From positions 160,001-224,000 of the forward strand of contig CAVYTU010000009.1 of NCBI GenBank assembly GCA_963771465.1: a DNA stretch of 64,000 bases, read 5' to 3'. Made by a program: the position numbers and the translations under genes. Under the pieces are notes generated by a model that worked only from the letters and a program-made list of their open reading frames with translations, made no database searches and was not told where the DNA came from. How positions within the stretch are numbered: position 1 is the first letter of the stretch; each line of letters opens with the position of its first letter. Of the stretch, positions 20,156 to 28,744 are shown one piece after another. The stretch is from an uncultured delta proteobacterium. Lineage in GTDB: Bacteria; Desulfobacterota; Binatia; UBA9968.

Positions 20156-20613
20156 CGTTTCGCGTACACCGTCATCTTGCCGTTCTTATCGAAGGTGAAA
20201 ACCGTATACGGCTCCGGCTTGCCGCCTTCCATGCCCGGCGAGCCCACCGGCATGCCTGGCACGGCGAGGCCGAGCACCGGCGGTTTCTCTTTTAACAATT
20301 TGTCGATCAAGTCCGCCGGCACGTGACCTTCTATGACGTAGCCGTCGATCACAGCGGTATGACAGGAACGCAGTTTCTCAGGGACATTGTGCTTAATTTT
20401 TACATCAACAAGCTTGCTGCTCATCACGTTCTTCTTGTCGACTTTGAATCCATTCGCTTGTAGGTGCCCGACCCACCCAGTGCAGCAGCCTCAGCCGGGG
20501 TCTTGATAGACGGTGATTGATTTGGCGGCGGGTTTAGTTTGAGCTTCCAGCCGTACTGCGACGAATGCGAAGCAGATTAAAAACCAAATGATGGCAAATT
20601 GGCGATGTCGCAT
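20152..20613 (-). CDS. secreted DUF411-family metal-binding protein with in-frame UGA (putative selenoprotein, UGCC)
   Basis: GAGGAG RBS, ATG at 20613 and a signal peptide. VYQDPG-U-GCCTGWVGHL matches the family xCGCCxxW motif. Continues into SCHTA, GYVIEGHVPA and GLAVPGMPVGSPGME. TGA at 20493-20491. Confidence 0.88.
20460..20476 (-). promoter_or_regulatory. candidate SECIS element
   Basis: Stem GTGGGT/ACCTAC (one G-U pair) with loop CGGGC, starting at +21 from the UGA. Confidence 0.6.
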
Positions 20614-20788
20614 GTGAACTCCTCGCCCCATGCAATTTAGCAGATCGATCGACATAAAAGCGAGCCTGCGGCTGCACCACCGCTATGTTTTGCTCAGCTG
20701 CCACGCGTGAAATTGTCGCCGCTGCACTTGACAGAGAAGCCCCTTCACCTGTTAATTAGGAGCATTTCGAAAGAAAGATATACGAACC

Positions 20789-22000
20789 ATGGCCGAATCA
20801 AACGCAGATCGAAAACTCAAACTCGGCATCGTCGGCATCGGCGTCGGCGCGTCGGAAATCTTGCCGGCGATGGAGCAGATGGCCGAGTTCCAATTGGTCG
20901 CGGCGGCTGACGTCAACCCGCGCGTGTTGGAAACTTTTCGCCAGCGCTATGGCGCGAAGACCTATGACAGCGTCGAGAAGATGTGCGCCGACCCGGACGT
21001 CGAAGCAGTGTGGGTATCGACGCCGAATCGGTTCCATGCGCAACACACCATTACCGCCGCCAATGCCGGCAAACACGTCGTGGTCGAGAAGCCGATGGCG
21101 ATTTCGCTAGCCGAAGCGGAAAAAATGATCGAGGCTTCGGTCAAGAACAAGATCAAGCTGCTGTGCGGCCACACCCAAAGCTTCGGGCCCCATATTCGCA
21201 CCATGCGGAAAATCATCCGCTCCGGCGAACTTGGCCGGCTCTGCGCGCTGCATGTGTGGGCCTACACCGACTGGATGCTCCGGCCACGCACGCCGGATGA
21301 GCTCGACATCAATCAAGGCGGCGGCGTGCCTTATCGTCAGGGGCCGCACCAGATCGATACACTGAGGCTGCTCGGCGGCGGCCTCGTGCGGAGCGTGCGC
21401 GGCGCCACTGGCCAATGGTTCAAAGGCCGGCCGATTCCCGGCTACTATACCGGCTTCATGGAATTCGAAGATGGCACGCCGGCGACGCTGATGCATAACG
21501 GCTACGGCTATTTTCTTGCCTCAGAATTAGTTCCCTGGGGCGGACAGAATAGCCGTTACTCGGAAGCCGAGCGCGCCGCCGTGCGCAAAGCGTTGCTCGA
21601 CGGCACGCGCGACGAGAACGCCGACAAAGACGCCATGCGCATAGGCGGCGCCAACGAGAGTGAGATTCGCGACCGCAGCAAAGCAAAACCCTGGCTGCCC
21701 AATGACCTCGGCATCCTCGTCGCCACCTGCGAAAAAGGCGACATCCGCCAATCGCAACACGGCTTGTTCGTGCACAGCGACGAAGGGACCAAAGACGTAC
21801 CGCTGATGGGCGCTGGCGGGCCGTCGCGGCGCGGCGAGCTGATGGAACTGTATAACGCCGTGGTGCTCGACAAACCGATCCGTCACACCGGCCCCTGGGG
21901 TATGGCGACCTTAGAGGTTTGCCTGGCGATCATCGAATCGGCAAAGCACAGAAAAGAAATTTATCTAAAACACCAAGTGCCGGCGCCGGAGGAAGATTAA
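20789..22000 (+). CDS. Gfo/Idh/MocA oxidoreductase, phthalate cis-dihydrodiol dehydrogenase-like
   Basis: GIVGIG and VEKPMA. YTDWMLRPRTPDELD..GGG...HQID resembles OphB/Pht4-type enzymes. Confidence 0.85.
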   Translation: MAESNADRKLKLGIVGIGVGASEILPAMEQMAEFQLVAAADVNPRVLETFRQRYGAKTYDSVEKMCADPDVEAVWVSTPNRFHAQHTITAANAGKHVVVEKPMAISLAEAEKMIEASVKNKIKLLCGHTQSFGPHIRTMRKIIRSGELGRLCALHVWAYTDWMLRPRTPDELDINQGGGVPYRQGPHQIDTLRLLGGGLVRSVRGATGQWFKGRPIPGYYTGFMEFEDGTPATLMHNGYGYFLASELVPWGGQNSRYSEAERAAVRKALLDGTRDENADKDAMRIGGANESEIRDRSKAKPWLPNDLGILVATCEKGDIRQSQHGLFVHSDEGTKDVPLMGAGGPSRRGELMELYNAVVLDKPIRHTGPWGMATLEVCLAIIESAKHRKEIYLKHQVPAPEED

Positions 22001-22015
22001 GAGCCATGTCGCTTC

Positions 22016-22100
22016 CGTCATTCCCGTGCAAGCGGGAATTCAGTTCTTATGTTCTTCTACGCTCTGACGAACCGGATGTCCGCTTGCGCGGGCATCACGA
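22016..22100. repeat. REP-like palindromic dimer
   Basis: CGTCATTCCCGTGCAAGCGGGAATTCA with an inverted, degenerate partner GGATGTCCGCTTGCGCGGGCATCACG. Confidence 0.65.
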
Positions 22101-22164
22101 TATGCGGGAGCGCGAACCGTTTAAAAATTTATAAACAACTACCATCAGCAATTTAGGAGGCATT

Positions 22165-23145
22165 ATGTTCAACAACCAAACCACTGTCGACGTTCACGGT
22201 CACATGACCACTCCCGCGGTTTTTCGCCAGTTCCTGGCCGAATGCGTATCGCAGAATACGCCGAATCGTAAACTGGACATGAGTGACGACCAGCTCGAGG
22301 CCGCACAACAACGCCATTTGAAATTCATGGACGATCGCGGCATCGACGTTCAGTTGATCGGTCCGCGGCCGATCGCCATGTGGCACTGGATGCGGCCGTT
22401 CCTGCAAGATTTCTGGGCCAAGACGACCAACGACGTGATCGCGCGCATCGTCAAGCTTCATCCCGACCGCTTCCGCGGTATGGCGCAGTTACCTCAGTCG
22501 AAAGAAAAAGACACACGCAACTGCTTGGCGGAATTCGAGCGCTGCATCAAAGAGCTCGGATTCGTCGGCGCGTATCTCAATCCCGACCCGGCCGGCGACA
22601 AGCAGGCACCGGGCGTGCACGAAGAATACTGGCATCCTCTCTACGACAAAGCCGTGCAACTGGACGTGCCGCTGATGGTGCATCCGTCGACGACCTACGA
22701 CAAGCGTTTGGAAGTGATTCCGGCCAACTACCAGATGAACAACTATCTGGAAGAGTTCGTGGCGATGAATCTCTACATGCACAGCAAGATCTTTCAGACC
22801 TTTCCCAAACTGAAAATCGTCATCTGCCACTGCGGCGGCGGACTCCATCGCTTCATAGCCAACGACCATCATGTCGGCCAGGGCGACTTCAGCAAAAATC
22901 TTTTCTATGATTCCTGTGTTTACGACGTGAACTATCTGGAAGCCGGCATTAAACAACGCGGGGTCGATCAAGTCCTTTTCGGCACCGAGTCGCCCGGTTC
23001 CGGTGGCGCTATTCGTCCCGACACCAACCGCGCCTCAGACGACATGATTCCGGTGATCGATAGCCTGGCTTTTCTAAGTGCGGAGGACAAGCTGAAGATT
23101 CTTCAAAAAAACCCGCTGAAGGTTTTTACCAAGGTGAAGATCTAA
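22165..23145 (+). CDS. amidohydrolase_2 family protein (LigJ / 4-oxalomesaconate hydratase-like)
   Basis: VDVHGHMTTP, LPQS, YLNPDP, MVH, CHCGG and LFGTE. Confidence 0.85.
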   Translation: MFNNQTTVDVHGHMTTPAVFRQFLAECVSQNTPNRKLDMSDDQLEAAQQRHLKFMDDRGIDVQLIGPRPIAMWHWMRPFLQDFWAKTTNDVIARIVKLHPDRFRGMAQLPQSKEKDTRNCLAEFERCIKELGFVGAYLNPDPAGDKQAPGVHEEYWHPLYDKAVQLDVPLMVHPSTTYDKRLEVIPANYQMNNYLEEFVAMNLYMHSKIFQTFPKLKIVICHCGGGLHRFIANDHHVGQGDFSKNLFYDSCVYDVNYLEAGIKQRGVDQVLFGTESPGSGGAIRPDTNRASDDMIPVIDSLAFLSAEDKLKILQKNPLKVFTKVKI

Positions 23146-23149
23146 AAAG

Positions 23150-23218
23150 GTCGAGGATCAATGATGTAGGATTTACGATCGAATCCGCTATCCTCGATCT
23201 TCCATCTTCTATCCTCTA
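23150..23218. repeat. degenerate heptamer-based inverted repeat
   Basis: GAGGAT/TAGGAT units face tandem ATCCTCG-ATCTTCC-ATCTTCT-ATCCTCT units. Confidence 0.5.
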
Positions 23219-23270
23219 CGAAATACGCACAGACATTACAGCGGTGAAAACTAAGACAACGGAGAGCTAA

Positions 23271-25499
23271 ATGGCTTACAAGAGCGTCAACAAGTCAGTT
23301 CCCCGCATCGAAGGTGCAGACAAAGTCTCCGGCAAAATGCGCTATGCGGCGGACTTGGATTTTCCCAATGCGCTGGCGGCGAAGATTTTGCGCACCTCAT
23401 TGCCGCATGCAAAGATTGTCACCATCGATACCAGCAAAGCGTTAAAGCTCAGCGGCGTGCGCGCGGTCATTACCGGCGCCGATGTGGGCGGTGTGATGGT
23501 CGGTTTGCGCATGAAAGACATGCCGCTGCTTGCCACCGATCGCGTACGTTACGTCGGCGAACCCGTGGCCGCGGTGGCCGCCGACGACGATGATATCGCT
23601 GAAGAGGCTTTGAATTTGATCGATGTACAGTACCAAGAACTGCCCTACGTCACGGACCCGGTGAAAGCGATCGAACCCGGCGCGCCGGTGCTGCACGACA
23701 ATCCGATGGCGTATAAAAATGCCCCGGAGCGCGACACCGAGCTGCCCAACGTGCAATCCTACGGCAAGTGGTCCAATGGCGATCTCAAAGCTGGATTCGC
23801 CAAGGCGGCGCGTATCTTCGAGCATACCTTTCGCACGCCACTAGCCTTTCATGGGTACATCGAACCGCACGCTTGCACCGTGCAGATTCACGACGAGGGC
23901 CGCGTCGAAATCTGGGCATCGAACAAAGCGCCTTTCACGCTGCGCGCTCGTTTTGCACGCGATCTCGGTCTCGACGAAGCGAAAGTCAAAGTGCACATTC
24001 TGCCGGTGGGCGGCGACTTTGGCGGCAAGACTTCGGTTGTCGAGGCGCCGGTGTGTTATTTTCTCGCGCAGAAGACCAAGAAGCCCGTCAGGATGGTGCT
24101 CGAATACACCGAAGAGCTGACTGCGATCTCGCATCGCCATCCCGCGGTGATTACACTGCGCACGGGTGTCGATGCGGATAACAAACTCTGCGCCATGGCG
24201 GTGCGCGCTGTGTTCAGCGGCGGTGGCTATGCGGCGCTCAAAGCGAACGCCGAAGTCACGGTGCAAGGCCCGCGGCGCGCTGCGAGTTATTACCGCATCC
24301 CGGCGATCCAAGTCGAAACCCTGTGCGCCTACACCAACCAGGTGCCGTGCACTCAGACGCGCACGCCGGGCAGTCCGCAGACGACCTTTGCCGTGGAATC
24401 GCAGATCGATATCATCGCCCGTGAATTGGCCATGGACCCTGTGGAATTTCGCTTGAAGAATTTGCTCAACGCCGGGGACCCGACGCCGTTCGGGCAAAAA
24501 CTCCAAGGCATCGTCGTCAAAGAGACGCTGCAAAAAGCGCTCGAAGTGTCCGGCTGGAAAAAGCCGAAAGCGAAAAACATTGGCCGCGGGGTGGCGGTTT
24601 ACGAGCGCCCGTCCGGCGCGGGAAAATCCGGCGCGGCAATCACCATCGAAACCAACGGCAAGGTATCGGTGCATCTTGGTGTGCCCGATGTCGGCCCGGG
24701 CATACACACAGTCGTCCAACAAATCGTCAGCGAGGTGCTCGATCTTGCGCGCGAGCGCGTCAGTGTCCGCGTCGAAGATACCGACCACTCGCCTTTCGAC
24801 TCCGGCACCGGCGGCAGCAAGTCTACCAACAGCGTCGGCACCGCGGCGTATCAAGCCGTCAATGAAATCAAAGAAAAATTTATCGCTCTGGCAGCCACAG
24901 AGTTGGGCTGCAAGACCGAAGATCTAAAAGCGGAGAATGGCCGCTACATCGCGCCAGGCCACAAAGCGCTGTCATGCAGCGATCTGATGGCACTCGCAGT
25001 AAAGCGAAATAACGGCTCGCTCACGCATTTGAGCGTTTACGAGCCGGCGCGCGCGCCGATCACATCCTTTGCCGCCCAGGTTGCCGAAGTTGAAGTCGAT
25101 CCCGGCACCGGCCAAGTGAAAGTCAAAAAGCTCGCGACGGTGCACGATTCGGGAACCGTGTTGAATCATTTAAGCTACACCGGCCAGATCGACGGCGGTG
25201 TAATCACCGGCATCGGCTTCGCGCTGATGGAAGATAATTCGTTGGTCGACGGCAAGATGCCGACGGCAAATCTTGGTGAGTTCAAAATGGCGACGGTAGC
25301 CGACGTGCCCAAACTTACGACGGTGTTAATGGAAGCCCCAGCAGGGCCGATTCCCTATCACGGCAAAGCGATCGCCGAGATTCCCAACGTGCCGACCGCC
25401 GCCGCGATCGCCAACGCCGTCCACGACGCCATCGGACTGCGTATATATGATCTGCCGATTACAGCGGAGAAAGTCTATGCGGCGCTGAACAAGCGCTAA
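23271..25499 (+). CDS. xanthine dehydrogenase family molybdopterin-binding (CoxL-like) subunit
   Basis: VRYVGEPVAAV, VGGDFGGK, GQIDGG and AAAIANAVHDAIG. Confidence 0.92.
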   Translation: MAYKSVNKSVPRIEGADKVSGKMRYAADLDFPNALAAKILRTSLPHAKIVTIDTSKALKLSGVRAVITGADVGGVMVGLRMKDMPLLATDRVRYVGEPVAAVAADDDDIAEEALNLIDVQYQELPYVTDPVKAIEPGAPVLHDNPMAYKNAPERDTELPNVQSYGKWSNGDLKAGFAKAARIFEHTFRTPLAFHGYIEPHACTVQIHDEGRVEIWASNKAPFTLRARFARDLGLDEAKVKVHILPVGGDFGGKTSVVEAPVCYFLAQKTKKPVRMVLEYTEELTAISHRHPAVITLRTGVDADNKLCAMAVRAVFSGGGYAALKANAEVTVQGPRRAASYYRIPAIQVETLCAYTNQVPCTQTRTPGSPQTTFAVESQIDIIARELAMDPVEFRLKNLLNAGDPTPFGQKLQGIVVKETLQKALEVSGWKKPKAKNIGRGVAVYERPSGAGKSGAAITIETNGKVSVHLGVPDVGPGIHTVVQQIVSEVLDLARERVSVRVEDTDHSPFDSGTGGSKSTNSVGTAAYQAVNEIKEKFIALAATELGCKTEDLKAENGRYIAPGHKALSCSDLMALAVKRNNGSLTHLSVYEPARAPITSFAAQVAEVEVDPGTGQVKVKKLATVHDSGTVLNHLSYTGQIDGGVITGIGFALMEDNSLVDGKMPTANLGEFKMATVADVPKLTTVLMEAPAGPIPYHGKAIAEIPNVPTAAAIANAVHDAIGLRIYDLPITAEKVYAALNKR

Positions 25500-25525
25500 C
25501 CTGCGGCACAGCTAGTTTTATTCCC

Positions 25526-25545
25526 ATTCCGGTGAAAACCGGAAT
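25526..25545. repeat. REP-like hairpin, possibly a terminator
   Basis: ATTCCGGT-GAAA-ACCGGAAT perfect stem, in the same ATTCC..GGAAT frame as the element at 22016. Confidence 0.55.
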
Positions 25546-25716
25546 TCACGCTTCTGCCAACTGTTATCCCGCAGCGGTCTGCGTGATGATGCGTCCATTG
25601 TCACAAGCAGAGCGCGTGTTGCCCATCAACTCGATCAAGCAGCGAAATCCCGCCGATCCTTCGGCATTGACTCGCCCAATCGCATGATGCATTGATTTAC
25701 TCACCCACTGAGTCAC

Positions 25717-27570
25717 ATGAGCACAACGAAAGACTACGCCACTGCCGACATCGTCGCAACCGTAAAGCGCTACTGGGGTTACGGCGAGTTGCGGCCGCTC
25801 CAGGAGCAGGCGATTCGCGCCGGCTTGGAACAGCGCGACTCGCTGGTCGTGCTGCCCACCGGCGGCGGCAAATCGCTTTGCTATCAAGTCCCGGCGGCGT
25901 TGGCGGGCCGCACCGATATCGTTGTCTCGCCGCTGATTTCGCTGATGAAAGATCAAGTCGACGGCCTGCGCGAGTGCGGCTATCCCGCGGCGGCGCTCTA
26001 CAGCGGCATGGCGCCGCATGCCATCCACGAGACAGAGGAATACTTTACCGCCGGCCGTTATCGCTTGCTGTTCATCGCGCCGGAGCGTCTGCTCACGCCG
26101 CGTTTTTTGCAACTCGCCGAGAAAGTCAAAATTCACGCGTTTGCCATCGACGAAGCGCACTGCATCAGTCACTGGGGTCATGACTTTCGACCCGAATATC
26201 GGCGACTGGCGGAATTGAAAACGCATTTTCCCAAAGCCAGTATCCACGCCTACACCGCGACGGCGACCGAGCGAGTGCGCAGCGATATTGCACAGCAGTT
26301 AAAATTGCAAAATCCGGCCGTGCTGGTCGGCAACTTCGATCGTCCGAATCTTGTCTATCGAATTATTCCGCGCATCGACGCCCGCGCCCAGGCGCTGGAA
26401 ATTCTCCGCCGCCATCCCAAGCAGGCGGCCATCGTCTACTGCCTCAGCCGCAACGACACCGAGTCCATGGCCGGATGGCTTCAGACCAATGGCGTGCGCG
26501 CCGCCTTTTATCACGCCGGCATGGAAGCCGACGAGCGGCGCCGCACCCAAGACGACTTCGCCGCCGAAGCGCTCGACGTGGTCGCCGCCACGGTCGCCTT
26601 CGGCATGGGCATCGATCGCAGCGACGTACGCTGCGTCATCCACGCGGCGATGCCGAAATCGATCGAGCATTACCAGCAGGAAACCGGCCGCGCCGGACGC
26701 GATGGTTTGGAAGCCGAGTGCGTGTTGCTCTACTCCGCCGCTGACGTGATCCGCTGGGAATCGCTGATCGAAAAAAGCGCGCTCGACGCCAAGGAGCCCG
26801 CCGAAGTGATCCCTGCCGCGCGCGAGTTGCTCGAACACATGCGCCACCTGTGCAGCGCCGTCCATTGCCGGCACAAAAAGCTCAGCGAATACTTTGGCCA
26901 AAAATATTCGAAGCCCAACTGCGAGGCCTGCGATGCCTGTTTGAATGAAGTCGAAGGATTGGCCGACGCTACGGTCACCGCCCAGAAAATCCTCTCCTGC
27001 GTCGCCCGCGCGGGCGAACGCTTCGGCGCGGCGCATATCGTCGATGTACTTGCCGGCGCCAACACTGAACGGGTGCGTCGCTGGGGCCATGAGAAGCTCA
27101 GCACCCACGGCATCCTGAAGAACGTTGATCGCAAAACCTTAACCAACATGATCTACCAGCTTGTCGACGCAAGCCTGCTCGAGCGCACGGACGATGAATA
27201 TCCGGTGCTTCGCTTAAACGATGCCTCGCGCGAAGTCCTGCACGGCCAACGCGCCGTGCGCCTGGTCCAGCCCAAGGAGAAAATTCAAAAGGCCCGCATC
27301 GAAAAAAAATCTTGGGAGAAGGTCGACGAAGGACTGTTCGAAGCGCTGCGAGTCTTACGCCGAAGACTCGCCGACCAACGCGGCGTGCCAGCCTATGTAT
27401 TATTCAACGACGCCACGCTCCGCGACATGGCCCGCCTGCGCCCAAGCACACCGTCAGCCTTACTCGGCGTGCGCGGCGTCGGCGAAAAAAAACTCGCCGA
27501 CCTCGGGCAGCGCTTCATCGACGAGATCATGACTTACTGTCGGGAGAATCGGTTGCCGTTGGATGTGTAG
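25717..27570 (+). CDS. recQ: ATP-dependent DNA helicase RecQ
   Basis: PTGGGKS, DEAHCISHWGHDFRPEY, TAT, QETGRAGRDG, Zn-binding Cys cluster, RQC and HRDC domains. Confidence 0.97.
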   Translation: MSTTKDYATADIVATVKRYWGYGELRPLQEQAIRAGLEQRDSLVVLPTGGGKSLCYQVPAALAGRTDIVVSPLISLMKDQVDGLRECGYPAAALYSGMAPHAIHETEEYFTAGRYRLLFIAPERLLTPRFLQLAEKVKIHAFAIDEAHCISHWGHDFRPEYRRLAELKTHFPKASIHAYTATATERVRSDIAQQLKLQNPAVLVGNFDRPNLVYRIIPRIDARAQALEILRRHPKQAAIVYCLSRNDTESMAGWLQTNGVRAAFYHAGMEADERRRTQDDFAAEALDVVAATVAFGMGIDRSDVRCVIHAAMPKSIEHYQQETGRAGRDGLEAECVLLYSAADVIRWESLIEKSALDAKEPAEVIPAARELLEHMRHLCSAVHCRHKKLSEYFGQKYSKPNCEACDACLNEVEGLADATVTAQKILSCVARAGERFGAAHIVDVLAGANTERVRRWGHEKLSTHGILKNVDRKTLTNMIYQLVDASLLERTDDEYPVLRLNDASREVLHGQRAVRLVQPKEKIQKARIEKKSWEKVDEGLFEALRVLRRRLADQRGVPAYVLFNDATLRDMARLRPSTPSALLGVRGVGEKKLADLGQRFIDEIMTYCRENRLPLDV

Positions 27571-27665
27571 AAAACTCTAGCGATAGAAAGAGCTTCTTTG
27601 TAAGTGACGTCATTTCTGTTTTGCAATACATGTCGGAAAATTTTTAACACGAAGGAGTCATAGCC

Positions 27666-28478
27666 ATGGCGGAATACAAAACCATCAAAGTCACCCGGCA
27701 GAACAGTTGCGCGACAATCGAATTCACCCCGCCGATGCTGGTCCACGACAAGAATGACGTGTCACCCAAGCCGGGCCGTCACCGGGAGCTTGGCATCGCG
27801 CTGGATGAGATCCGTTTCGATAATGAAATCCGTGTGGTCGTCATTACCGGGGAGGATGACATTTTTTGCATGACCGCGCCCAATCATCCGCACTTTCACG
27901 GCCATTCGCCGGACAAAACCTGGGACGGCCTGCAGGCGCTCCAGCACGTTTTCCAGCAGATTATCGAGATCGAAAAGCCGGTCATCGCCAAGGTCAACGG
28001 CGGGGTAAAAGGATGGGGATCCAGCCTGGTTTTTTCTTGTGACTTCATCCTCGCCCGCGAGGACGCGGTCTTCTGTGATCACCACCTCGGTATGGGCGAC
28101 GGCAATCCTCCCGTCGGCAGACCCGGTGCCGGCATCGTACCGGGGGATGGCGGCTCGATCTTCGTACCGCTGCACATGAGCCCGCCGCTCGCCCGCGAGT
28201 ACCTTTGGCTGGGTAAGCAATTGACCGGTAAGGAACTCTACGAGAGAGGCTGTATAAACGCCGCGGTCCCGGCGAGCGAGCTTGACGCGGTTTGCGATCG
28301 GATGGTCGACGCCCTCCTGCGCAGACCGCCCTATGCGTTGGCGTTTGCCAAGAGGCTGTTTAACCGCTTTTACGCGGAGCGGTTCAATTTGATGTTCGAC
28401 GTCGGCTACGCCTATGAAATGATGAATAAAGAACAGCATGAACGCTACAAGAGCGGCCGAGGAGAAGAGACGCTTTGA
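27666..28478 (+). CDS. enoyl-CoA hydratase/isomerase family protein
   Basis: VVVITG, KPVIAKVNG and GIVPGDGG crotonase motifs; AAGGAG RBS. Confidence 0.88.
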   Translation: MAEYKTIKVTRQNSCATIEFTPPMLVHDKNDVSPKPGRHRELGIALDEIRFDNEIRVVVITGEDDIFCMTAPNHPHFHGHSPDKTWDGLQALQHVFQQIIEIEKPVIAKVNGGVKGWGSSLVFSCDFILAREDAVFCDHHLGMGDGNPPVGRPGAGIVPGDGGSIFVPLHMSPPLAREYLWLGKQLTGKELYERGCINAAVPASELDAVCDRMVDALLRRPPYALAFAKRLFNRFYAERFNLMFDVGYAYEMMNKEQHERYKSGRGEETL

Positions 28479-28744
28479 GTACTGCCTCGCGATTACCCGG
28501 CGGGAGCCACGTTCAAGCACGGGCACGTTGGCTTGGTTATAGAGGGAATCCGGCTCGAACTGCCGTCATATGTGGTCAATAGGGTGGAGTTAAAAAGTGT
28601 TTTCGGCGGGTTCACTGCCCGATCGTCCCGAATGAAGCGATGAATACCTGTTGAGATTGAGTAGAAGGAGAATTCAACGCAATCGTAGGTCGCCATAACG
28701 AACAGACTGAACAATTGAAATTCTACTGGGGTGCAACCCTATGG

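Noticed and set aside
28493-28714. 73-aa minus-strand ORF downstream of the molybdoenzyme
   Set aside because: No RBS, atypical codon usage and no motif; unsupported.
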